The position numbers and the translations under genes were made by a program. Positions 27,565 to 38,100 of a stretch of DNA of 64,000 nucleotides are shown in pieces. The stretch lies in the IMG/VR virus record IMGVR_UViG_3300028833_000077; one strand, 5' to 3'. The notes under the pieces were generated by a model that saw nothing but the letters and a program-made list of their open reading frames with translations, was not told where the DNA came from and made no database searches. Within the stretch, counting starts at the first letter, position 1; each line of letters starts with the position of its first letter. Source of the DNA: a virus (lineage: Duplodnaviria; Caudoviricetes).

Positions 27565-27598
27565 AAAATAAAGAGGACACACTTAATAGTATGCCCTC
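27565..27598 (-). terminator. Intrinsic terminator after the 1497-aa gene
   Basis: Minus strand GAGGGCATAC-tattaa-GTGTGTCCTC followed by TTTATTTT. Confidence 0.7.
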
Positions 27599-27633
27599 CA
27601 ATTCACATTAACACAACTTAAAGCTGTATGGGT

Positions 27634-30600
27634 TTAGTCATCTTTTTCAAACATTGAGAACATGGAGTCATCAAAGTCGATGGCTTTATATATCTGAGGT
27701 AGATATGGAGTTGCTTGGAATGCATCTCTTGAGTACTCTGACCATCCTTGGTACCGCCCTGTCTGCACCTCATCGAATATATTATATATTTCTACCATTT
27801 TTCTCATCCTATCAAACGTGGATACCGCTGCAGCAGGCTGCTGCATAAGAGTGATCAGATTCTTGAAAAACATTGGGCCTGGTACTGATGCCCCTACCTC
27901 AAGGTACATTCTTCTTATTTGATAAAGAGCCATCTTATTGAGCCAGCTCCTGTCATAGTCCTTAACCTTTCCGCCAAGTCTTACAAGGGTAAGCAACATC
28001 ATAAAGAGGGATACCTCTGCACATGCTCTTCTGATGTTTGCCAGTTCATGGGGTCCTAGCTTTCCTTCAATATAAGCCTTGTTGAATTCTGCCTGTCCCT
28101 TAATAATGTCCTTAGAGAGCTGTTGCATGAACTTGTATACAGTTACATAATATCCTTCCCTCCACTGTTCAAGGTCAGCATCATAGTGGGCTCCTGCAAA
28201 TCTTCTCATATAATGGGCAGGCATCCACTGACGGAACTGCATGATAAGTCTGCCCCAGGCTTTCTTATGTATTGCACCTTTGTCATTAACTCCAAAGGCA
28301 CCATTCAAAGAATCATTGACTTTACGGATAACTTTCTTCTTTTTGAATATGTATCTTTGGGTAGCATTGTCACTAAGATTCTTCAACGCTACTGTCTCCT
28401 TCTTAATCCTGCCATTTTCATCTCTTACAGGCTTGCCGTAGTTTGGGTTCTTGCTGAATACCCGCCCTTTATCGTCCTTGTAAGTACCTCCTGAAAGGTC
28501 TATCACATCCTTTTCATAGGCAAGATTCTCCTCTAACTCCAATTTATATATGCCTCTATCATCTTTTACCACCTTAAGAGCATCGTAAAGACTGATTTTT
28601 TCTCCTGCCTTATGCCCATTGGTGTCTTTCGTATACACAAGTTTGGTTGCATTCAGGATGGCCAGCATGGTCTGGCAATGGAGGATATGCTCTCCTGCAT
28701 TCATTCCAATGAACCCTAGAGCATTGTTACCTAGTATTCTTGATAATATATGCTGACTGTGGTGGGTATCCCTCAGACTGTCATAGTAGTCTCCCATAGG
28801 ATCGAACATTTGTATAAGCAGGCTGAGTTTGTTTTTCTTGACGGGTTCTGCTATTTCAGCCATACATCCTGGAAGCAAAGCACCGTATTGCCTTACAGCC
28901 TTTGCATAATCTTGAGCACCGAAGTACTCCCCGCCTGCCGCTTCTATCCACTGTTGTATCTTACCTACAGCTACATTGGATAGAGTAGAGAATAGGTTGA
29001 GGCCAAGCCCAAGAAGGCCTGTATAGTCTTTAATGGCATCAAGGGTCTTGGCATAGTCAATATTGACACCGAAGGCCTCCAGTCCTCCCATATCCTCCTT
29101 CCTTTCTTCATAGATGACTGAATCCACGTAGTCATCTAGTCTGTCTATGGTATTTGTTCCATTGCCTGCTCTTTCCACAAATCCCTTATATATTCTGTCA
29201 AATGCTTGGAATCTAGAATATAGTGGGCCATTTCCCTTATTTTCCCAGAAAGTTCTCTGATCCCTTACATAATCCCTTCCTACTTCAATAATGTCTACTA
29301 CCTCATTCATCTTCTCATAGTTGACAGCCATGGCACTATATGCAGTCATGCATCCTGAGAAGTCGGTTGACAGCATCTTCATATCCTTAAGTCTACGAGT
29401 GTAATAGATGGGCAGTTTCTGTATCCTATGATGGGCGAAGTCTGTATCCACTAAATAGAAGTTCTCCGAAGAGATTCTGCTCAATATTTCTTTGGCACAG
29501 TCTGATGCTACACTACTGAATTTCTCATTACTACTCTTGGCATTCCTCTTGAACAGCTTAATAACCCTTCTGATGTCTCTTGGGTTGATGACAGAATGTA
29601 TATCTTCATCAGTGGCATCTGCCAATGTATTGATAATCTCAACTGCGGCCTTCTGCTCGTTTTCCTCCCTAAGTATAATCTCTTCTATAGTCTTTTGGAA
29701 GTCTTCATTTGTTCCGAATCCTATATCATCAGGCCTTCTACTGAATTTACGAACAAACTGTTCCTTGGTGGCCTTTGCTATGTTCCCAGTGGAATTATCC
29801 AATATACCCTCCACAAAATCCTTGCTGATGTAGATGGCCCTGTATATAGCCTGCCCTCTATGGGGAATCTTACACATCATTTCCTTTTTCAGCTCTATCA
29901 TGGCATTATAGTAGTCCCTTTGTGCAGGAGCAAGCCTTTCTATACGATCAGCATATTTGGAGTATACTGCAGGGTTTGGAACCATTTCATATACAGCCTC
30001 TGGGTATTTCCTCATTGTCTTGCTTAAGTCATTCTTATGGGAGTTGTAATAATCCTCTACTTCCTTATTGATAAAGATTGGTATAAGTCTCTTGTTCCCT
30101 TCCTTATCTATTTTATTCTTCCACTTTTGCAGAGCGGCCCTGTACTTCTCTCCTGTTATTCCTGCATCTCTCAGTTCCTGCTGTTTTGCATACAGTTCTT
30201 GGTTATATGTCTCCCAGTCATAGATACTGATGATTCTTCCTGTGGGAACTTCCTCACTGTCTTTTTCCAACATAAAGTCTGAAGAGAATCCTGCCCTTCT
30301 CAGCTTGTCGTCCTCCATAGAAATCCTTGCATTGATGTCAATCATCTCCATATCCCTGTGATACTGTTGGTTTTTGACAATGGCATCAAACAATGTCAAT
30401 AGTGAGTCGTCTGCATCACTGAGAGCAGACAGCCATCTGTCAACAAGGTTGATATCCTTTTCAGCATGCTCTAGAATCTCTTTAAGAGACATGACTTCAT
30501 TTCTCCTTGAGCCTATTCCACGAACAGTATCCTCTGCATAGACAGTCCTTGATACAGCATAAAGAATATTAAAAGCAGAATCATGGGCGAATTTATTTAG

Positions 30601-32127
30601 CTTGTTTGCCAAGTCTCTGCTTATTTTTGCTTCATCTGCAAGATCTTTTGCAAATTCAGGATCCATGCCAGCAGGCAGATTCTCAGGATCATCGAATGTT
30701 GCAATCTCATCCAACAGTTCTGCATATCCTTCTGTTGCCTCAGTGATGCTTCTGCAGCATTTGGCAATTTCCCTAGCTGTTCTTATCTGGTCAAGACCAT
30801 TCACTTTATCCACCTCTTCTAACTCCTGGGTTCTAGTAGCCAGTTTAACGAACCTTACCTGACAATCCTTTATGAACATCATGATGCTGCTTGCTTGGTC
30901 AGCAATGCTCTCACTCTCTGCAGCATTCCTAATGTCTATATGGCTTTTCGCAGAGTCTGTGGATACTCTGCCTGTCATGGAAGACTGCCTCTCTGACTTG
31001 ATCATTCCTGCATTGAGTGTCAAGGCAGCATTGGCCAGTTTTTCTACGGTGTTGAACTCCTCCTTTATCTTGTAAAGGGTCTTTGCATTGATAATGCTGT
31101 TCTTGTCTACAAGCCTGACTACCTCTCCTGATACTATCATATTATAGATTCCTGCAATGGAATCGTGGGCACGTTCTTGAGCATCCCTATACTTCTTGTT
31201 TGTAATCTGAGAGAAGAATTCCTTAGCCCAATTCCACAGCCTCTGTAGTAGGGTCTGCCCTTTCTGCATAGTTTCAGGCTTTATGGTGCCCTTATTGGTA
31301 ATAAACTGTGCAAGCATTTGTCCTGCGGCTTCCTTCTTAAGCCTCATGGTGTCCCCATTATACTCATTGTAGTAATCTTCATACTTGCCCCCAAGTACTT
31401 CGTGCAGAACATCTTCATCAATAGTTCTAAGGAGTCTCTGTACTAATGGGTTTGTTATTAGCCCCTCTATAATGAGGTGACTGAACTCTTCAGGAAGGGC
31501 CTCTTCGCCAAGCTCTCCTTTTGCGATTTGTATAATCTGCAGCAGACCGTCTGAGAATGTTGCTTCTTCTGGGGCAAACATGCCAGCAAACTTAGGATCA
31601 TTGATGAAGCTTATGTCGAACCCCATAGACCTCAGTAGATTGAGCAGCTGATTATTTAGGGCATTATTAAATGATTGTTGCCTTGCAGCTTCAATGTTTG
31701 GGGCCGTCCTGTTCAACACTTTGATGGTATGCCCGTCTCCTGCCCTTTCCATGATTGCAACATAGTTTTCCTCTTTGGAGTTGAAATCATTGATTTTCTG
31801 GACAGCCTCTTGTTTAGAGAAAGTCTGTCCTTTGAAACCATAGTCTCTTGCTGCCTCTTCAGCACCCTTCTGGTGTTCATATGCATCCTCCAATCCAAGA
31901 GCCTTGATGAGAGAGGGGAAAGTCACTTCCCCTAACTCATCATACTCTACAGTACCTCCGTAGTCCCTCTTGAACTCGGAGGTCTTTGTATAGGCCCACA
32001 TTCTCCAGGCACCGTCATTGTCCTGCACGGCAGCCTTTATGTCCTTGAATAACTTGCTTGGCACTTCCTCTATTTGAGTACCTTTCCTCCTGAACACCAC
32101 AGGAGTCAGCTTACATGAATCACCCAT
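27634..32127 (-). CDS. Giant virion protein with degenerate zincin-like motif (crAss RNAP-associated cargo protein)
   Basis: 1497 aa, directly downstream of the RNAP gene; 'ALPEEFSHLIIE' (HExxH-like but His to Glu); C-terminal 'GRLIMQFRQW.P....RRF' block. Confidence 0.7.
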   Translation of the reverse strand: MGDSCKLTPVVFRRKGTQIEEVPSKLFKDIKAAVQDNDGAWRMWAYTKTSEFKRDYGGTVEYDELGEVTFPSLIKALGLEDAYEHQKGAEEAARDYGFKGQTFSKQEAVQKINDFNSKEENYVAIMERAGDGHTIKVLNRTAPNIEAARQQSFNNALNNQLLNLLRSMGFDISFINDPKFAGMFAPEEATFSDGLLQIIQIAKGELGEEALPEEFSHLIIEGLITNPLVQRLLRTIDEDVLHEVLGGKYEDYYNEYNGDTMRLKKEAAGQMLAQFITNKGTIKPETMQKGQTLLQRLWNWAKEFFSQITNKKYRDAQERAHDSIAGIYNMIVSGEVVRLVDKNSIINAKTLYKIKEEFNTVEKLANAALTLNAGMIKSERQSSMTGRVSTDSAKSHIDIRNAAESESIADQASSIMMFIKDCQVRFVKLATRTQELEEVDKVNGLDQIRTAREIAKCCRSITEATEGYAELLDEIATFDDPENLPAGMDPEFAKDLADEAKISRDLANKLNKFAHDSAFNILYAVSRTVYAEDTVRGIGSRRNEVMSLKEILEHAEKDINLVDRWLSALSDADDSLLTLFDAIVKNQQYHRDMEMIDINARISMEDDKLRRAGFSSDFMLEKDSEEVPTGRIISIYDWETYNQELYAKQQELRDAGITGEKYRAALQKWKNKIDKEGNKRLIPIFINKEVEDYYNSHKNDLSKTMRKYPEAVYEMVPNPAVYSKYADRIERLAPAQRDYYNAMIELKKEMMCKIPHRGQAIYRAIYISKDFVEGILDNSTGNIAKATKEQFVRKFSRRPDDIGFGTNEDFQKTIEEIILREENEQKAAVEIINTLADATDEDIHSVINPRDIRRVIKLFKRNAKSSNEKFSSVASDCAKEILSRISSENFYLVDTDFAHHRIQKLPIYYTRRLKDMKMLSTDFSGCMTAYSAMAVNYEKMNEVVDIIEVGRDYVRDQRTFWENKGNGPLYSRFQAFDRIYKGFVERAGNGTNTIDRLDDYVDSVIYEERKEDMGGLEAFGVNIDYAKTLDAIKDYTGLLGLGLNLFSTLSNVAVGKIQQWIEAAGGEYFGAQDYAKAVRQYGALLPGCMAEIAEPVKKNKLSLLIQMFDPMGDYYDSLRDTHHSQHILSRILGNNALGFIGMNAGEHILHCQTMLAILNATKLVYTKDTNGHKAGEKISLYDALKVVKDDRGIYKLELEENLAYEKDVIDLSGGTYKDDKGRVFSKNPNYGKPVRDENGRIKKETVALKNLSDNATQRYIFKKKKVIRKVNDSLNGAFGVNDKGAIHKKAWGRLIMQFRQWMPAHYMRRFAGAHYDADLEQWREGYYVTVYKFMQQLSKDIIKGQAEFNKAYIEGKLGPHELANIRRACAEVSLFMMLLTLVRLGGKVKDYDRSWLNKMALYQIRRMYLEVGASVPGPMFFKNLITLMQQPAAAVSTFDRMRKMVEIYNIFDEVQTGRYQGWSEYSRDAFQATPYLPQIYKAIDFDDSMFSMFEKDD

Positions 32128-32130
32128 TGT

Positions 32131-35100
32131 CTATCCTTTCTTACATTTATTCTGTTCCTCAAAGATTCTTTCTATCTCTTGTTCAATTTTAGAAATGTCC
32201 ATGTCCATGGCTTTTGCCAGCTGTTCCTTGAACTTTGCATTAACCTTTCTTGCAGCCATTGCCCTCTCAGAGCCTTCTTTGCTTGAAAGCAGGTCATTGA
32301 ACAATCCCAGCACTTCATTGTCCTTATTCCTCTTTGCCTCCTTATAGGACTCTTGTAGAAGCTTTCTATAGGCCTTCTCTTGAGGAGAGTTTCCAGACAA
32401 GAAGGGGAGGTCCAAATGCTTCAATTTGCTTCTCATGCTTTCCTGCTGTTCTTGCTGGGGCTCATAGACCTCATCTCCTGCCTGTCTTTGGGTATCATCC
32501 GATTCCTCTTGGGACTCATCCTCAATGCCTGATACGCCCCTTAAGGCTTCAAAGTAGGATTCCATGATAGTACCGTCAGTTCCAAGATTGGCATTATATT
32601 CAATGAAGTTTTTTACAAGACCCAACTCACTTGTCTTTGTGTATTTGATGACAAGGCCTGTGCCTGTCTGCTGCACTTTTCCTCCTGTATCGTCAAGCCT
32701 GTATAGGTCTGAGAACAATTTGGTGCCTATCTTGGTGATTACTGTAATATATTGTTGTGGCGTATCTTCGCTGACCATCACATCATGCAAAGCGGACTTC
32801 TTTCCTTTTTCAGGTATGCTGACAGTTACAGTATCACCCATCACAGAGATTCTTTTGTCATTGTACTGCAGGGTAGGAATGAGTGACCGATTGTTTGGAT
32901 GGTTCCTGATAAACTGGTCGAGGAAGTTTCTAATGTGCTTCATGCCATCAATACTGCTTCCCATAAGGGCTTCATCAACAGCCTTGATGTTGCGTAATCC
33001 CTCAATATACCCCAGATATTCCTTTGAGCCTGTTCTGGCGGAGTCATACTTGGCTCCCATCTTGACAATCATAGATGCCAGGTGCATAAGTGTTCTGGGG
33101 TTGAATCCGAAACCATTCCTCATAAGAGTATAGAAGAACAGGTCTACCCCAAATCGCCGTATCTGGTCATTCTGCTCATCATAAAGATTGGGGTCACTGT
33201 AGGTGATCAAGTCAGACCATGCCCTTTTTATCTTCTCTTGCATATCGGTCCCCATTTGTCCACCTTCAAATACTAGAATATCAGTGCCTATGTAATCATC
33301 CTTCTTCCTGACCCTAAGGCAGCTGCCTGCCAACGTCTGGTCAAGAATAAGATTAGGTCTTCTTCCTCTAATGGAGGCTACTTGGTTGAAGCTGTCAATC
33401 AATTCCACGACCAGCCTGTCCTTCGACCTATTGTCTGTTGGTATCGTAGGAAGGAACTCCCTCTCGCCTACTTTGCCTTCAAAAGTCAACAGATAGTAGA
33501 GATAGTCATCTAACAGTTGGTTATACAGCTTGCTGCTTACTTTTCCCTTCTTGGTGAAATTCTCCTTAAAGTATTTCAACATATTGCCAAATCCCTTGAA
33601 ATAATGTGGGAAGAAATTCCTGAATATCCTCTGGGAGGCACCATCCTCATCAATGGTTGTCTTGTAGAACGCATGAAGGATGGGATCGTTGAGGATTACA
33701 TCTGCAGGGTTTGTGAAGCCATTGGCATCTTTACCTACTATAACTTCTCCCGTATCCTCATCTACCTCACTGCTGACATTCTCAGGAACGTAGAATACAC
33801 TCTTGGTGTTTGCTTGGAACCTTTCCACCCTTGACTGATCCTCTAAAGTATCTGCTATGGTTGGACCCACGGCATTTGTAACAGAATTGAACTTGGTGCA
33901 GAAAGTCAGCTCCTGAAGGTCTGTTGCTATTGAGAATAAGCTGTTGAATGCAACTAGAATCTGTTTTTGGAATTCAAGTTTGCTTTCATCAGCACCTTCT
34001 TCCATAAAATCACTGTCTGCAAGATGCTTGAGAAGGTTCTCCCTAGTAAGGGTTCTCCTGTCTTGAATGCCTGCTTCATAGGGATTCCTCAGTATTCCCT
34101 CGCTGCTGGTGTCCATATTGAGTTGTTCAGCAAGGGCATTGATTGCTGTAGTACCACTGTAATAACCATCGGTCTTCTCCCTAAAGTACAAATCTGAGAG
34201 TTCCATGATGATGGGCTGGGAAAGGAACAGTCCTATTACTTCAGTATCAAAGCCAAGCCTTGCAAGAGCCATGGCAATGCCTCCAGTGAAGGTGTTGACA
34301 TTCATATCGGCCAATGTCGGGTCTTTTGCAGTATCCACTGAAGCTGCCAAGAAAGATGCTATGGTCTTGCTGATAAGCTGGCCATTGAAACCTTTTTGCC
34401 TATCCAGAACAGCAATGATGCTTGGAGTGGAGGTATCACCTATCGCTATGCCATCGAATACAAAAGACTTGTCTTCGTCTTTCATAAGGTCTATGCCTAC
34501 TTTTTGGAATGTCATGAAGGCATGTGACACATTGTTATTGGCAAAGATACCTACCATCTGGGTGCCTTGCATATTCTGCCTTTGAAAGTATATCTTGCTC
34601 ATCGGCAAGGTTACACTATGGGGATCTGCACCTTCAAGCAGGGCATCTAAGGCTCCAATGGCTGCATCTACACCATCCCTGCTTACAGTACGTTCATAGA
34701 GCGACTGTAATTCATTTCTGGTCCACATCTTCCCAGTGTCAGGATTGATGACCTTGCTTTTAATGATCTTGATGATTCTTCCGACCCTCTTCTGTTCATT
34801 GAAGTTACCTGGGTTCAGCATCTTGGATACCGTGTCCTCATGGGTAAGTACGGCCCACTGCAAGTCAAGGAGCCTATTATTTCTTGCCTCCCTTGCCTTT
34901 CTCGGACTGGTACTCTTCCTATCAGTATACTCGGTAAAGGAGGTACTAAGAATCCTGTCTCTATACCACTCGACAAAGTTACCAAAGCCATCGCTGGTCT
35001 TCACATTGTAGTCCAATGTGATGGACTTGTCCCCTTTGAGTATCTTCTCTGCGTTTGAGAGCAGCTGCCTTACTCTGTCTTGGAAATCCTCCATACTCTT

Positions 35101-38100
35101 ATCACCATGGTATTCACCCATCAACTTGTTTACAGTACCCTTGCCGGTATCCTTCAACTCTACTCCGAAAGACTTTAGCATAATATACATCTTGTCTATA
35201 TCGAAGTCAGAACCTGTAAGATAGGTAATTTCCTGTGGCATCATGATTGCCTGACCTGCAGCCTTAGGAAGGAATCCCATTATCTTCAGAGGCAACATAG
35301 AATATTTGTCCTCAGTTGGGATACGATAACCTATTACTTCTGTAAGGGACTTCCATACTTCGGGGTCAAGCTTCTCTTTTGCCTCCTCATAAGACATTAT
35401 GGTACCATCTGGCTTGACAAGGAGCCTTTCAAGCTCTGCATTTGGTATGGATAGATAGCATTCAAAGTAGGCTATTCCAGCCTGATTGTCTTTAAGGAAT
35501 TTCTCATACTCTTCTATAGACTTGCCATACTCTGAGAAAGTTGGAAGGATTCTTCCATCCTTGCCCTTGAATTTAATGTGCAGATTCTTGTCATAGGCAG
35601 TGGTCTGTACTACAGGACCTCCCTTGATTTTTTGCTTATTGATGGTTTTCTTAATGACAGAGTTGATAAGCATTTGGATTCTCTTGGACTGTATCGGGTC
35701 CATGAGTGGGACATTGAAGTCAATAACAGTGTCCATATTGTACTCAAGACTACAGGAGCGCATCATATCAATGCCATATTTGGCATCTTTGGCCAGTTCT
35801 TTCTGGAGCATAAATGCTACCTTCTTGAATACACTGTCACGGTCAGCAGGTGACATCTTATCCATATCAGGCAAAGAAACCCTTACCTTCTTGCCGTCAT
35901 CCATCTTGACAATCTGATCAAGTCCAAGCTCTATCATTAAGTCATTGAAGGATGCTTCTATGTTTTCAGCATGAAGACTCTTGTATTCATCTATAAGCTC
36001 TTCTGCAGTCATCTTCTCCCCACGTACTTCAAAGATGGTCTCATGCCCCTTGGTGCTCGGAGTGATGTCAGATATACCTAGAATCCTGATTTGCGAACCA
36101 TACAGCTGCTCATGATCAAGTAGGTGGGCAGGTACTTCCTGCTGTATAATGTAGTCATCTACAGGAATTGTATCGACATACTGCATGTTATAGACAGTCT
36201 CTCCTGCCGACAGCAGACCCTCGCTCTTAAGGCGGGCTTCCTCCAAAAGGTCTTGCCCTTTCATATGTGGCTTTGCAGAATCTCCCTTTCTAATATGTTT
36301 CATAAGGAATTCCTTCAACAGACTGTTGTAATCTGCTTCAGTCACTTTTCCTCCTTTTGTCCCAAACACATCCTTACAGTCCCCATCATAGGCAGACTGA
36401 TCATCAAGTGCTAGAATCTTGTTGAACTCCTCATCAAAATGATTGATGTCTATAACACCTGAAACACCTACCTTACCCACTGATTGGAAATGGACGGTAT
36501 CAATACCTTGGCGGCCATCACCGAACTTATGAGTTGCCTCCATAAAGTCAGAGATGGCAGCTAGCTTATTTCTGTTGCCTGAGCTTCTTGAAAGGGCTTC
36601 TGCAAGAATAATGAGGTACTCTGAGTTTTTATCCTGTAATGGGGTCTTACGTAAGGTCATTGTAGGAGATCCAGAATACTTTGCCATCTCAGAGGCTACA
36701 AGTGGTTTGGTAGGTTGCATCAGTACTCCAAGATGATAGGCATTGAATTTACCACTCGCAACAGCGTTATAGGCCTCTTCACGCTCATCACTCCATTCTC
36801 CCATAAGCTGAAGCTTCTTCTTCATGGAGGAAATACTGCTGAAGGATTGTCCGTCAGTTGCATTAATCTCCTTGAAGCCTTTGGTAATGAACTTGACCAT
36901 CACCTCAAAGTCCTTTCTTTCTTGTGGGTTGGTGAGGGTGGCAAGCTGTCTACCGAGAGCAACCTCTGCATTGGTCATTATCTCAGACATGATATTATGG
37001 TCTGAGATGTGTACACTACGCAGGTATCCGTCATCTATCTCCTCATCATGCATCATATGAAGACCTGGAGAGTGAATCATGGCAATACGCTTCTGGTAAT
37101 TGACAGAGTTACCATAGTATGCCAAGTCTCCACCAGTAATCTGTATGATGTTGATATTAGCGGCTATATCTTGCCAGATAAACTCACGGAGGTCCTTCTC
37201 CATGGACTTACGTGTCATCTCCTTGCCTATCTTGCCATCAAACTCTTCCCAGTATCTTAGGATTGTCCTGGTATCGTCACCCTTACCTGTTTTGATTTCT
37301 TTTGTTGCAAAGAGACCGATTCTTTCCATCTCCCTGATTTCAGCGTCCTCTATCCTCTGCATGTTCTCACGTATGAGTTGTTCTACAGTATTGTTGAGGT
37401 TGATTTGGTCAGACAGATTGGTTAGTTGTCTTCTTCTTTCTTCATGCTTACTGTCATTAGGTGTCAGAAGAATGTTGACCCTAGTGGCAATCGAGTCAGC
37501 CATACTTTTGTCCGATTCCAAACTTTGGGCAATCTCATTGTTAAGATACCATAGGAAATGGAACTTGGCTCCTGATGTCACTTTCCCAAGTCTTACCAAA
37601 TCTTCCGCTGTAATGGCAGAATTTCTAATTCTTTCCTTCAAGGACGCAATCTCTTCAGGGCTATAGCCAGCTTTCTTAAGCTTTTTGATTGTCAAGTCCA
37701 TCTGGTCTGTAGCGACGGTGTCTGTCACAAAATGATAGAGTACATCTGCTATTCTATTCATCTCCTGCTTGAACGTAGGAAGAAGAACTCTCTTGACAAT
37801 CTCATCCTTATATGACATACTGTCTCCATATTTCAGCATCCTGACAAATTCATTGACAGGTTTATTTGACATGGTAGGCATTGCAAACCATCTTGTATTT
37901 GATGGATCATCTTTAGTGCCAAAATAGTTGTGTAGGATAGAGAGCATGAATCCAAGTGACCCTAGATCCCTATATTGGTTTCCCAGATAAGTAAGTTCCA
38001 CTTTGTGATCGAGTGCCTGTCGTGCTGCAGGATTATCACTGTCTAATTGGGCAAGCAGGTCATTCATCCAATTCTCTCCCTCAATATCCTTAAACCAACC

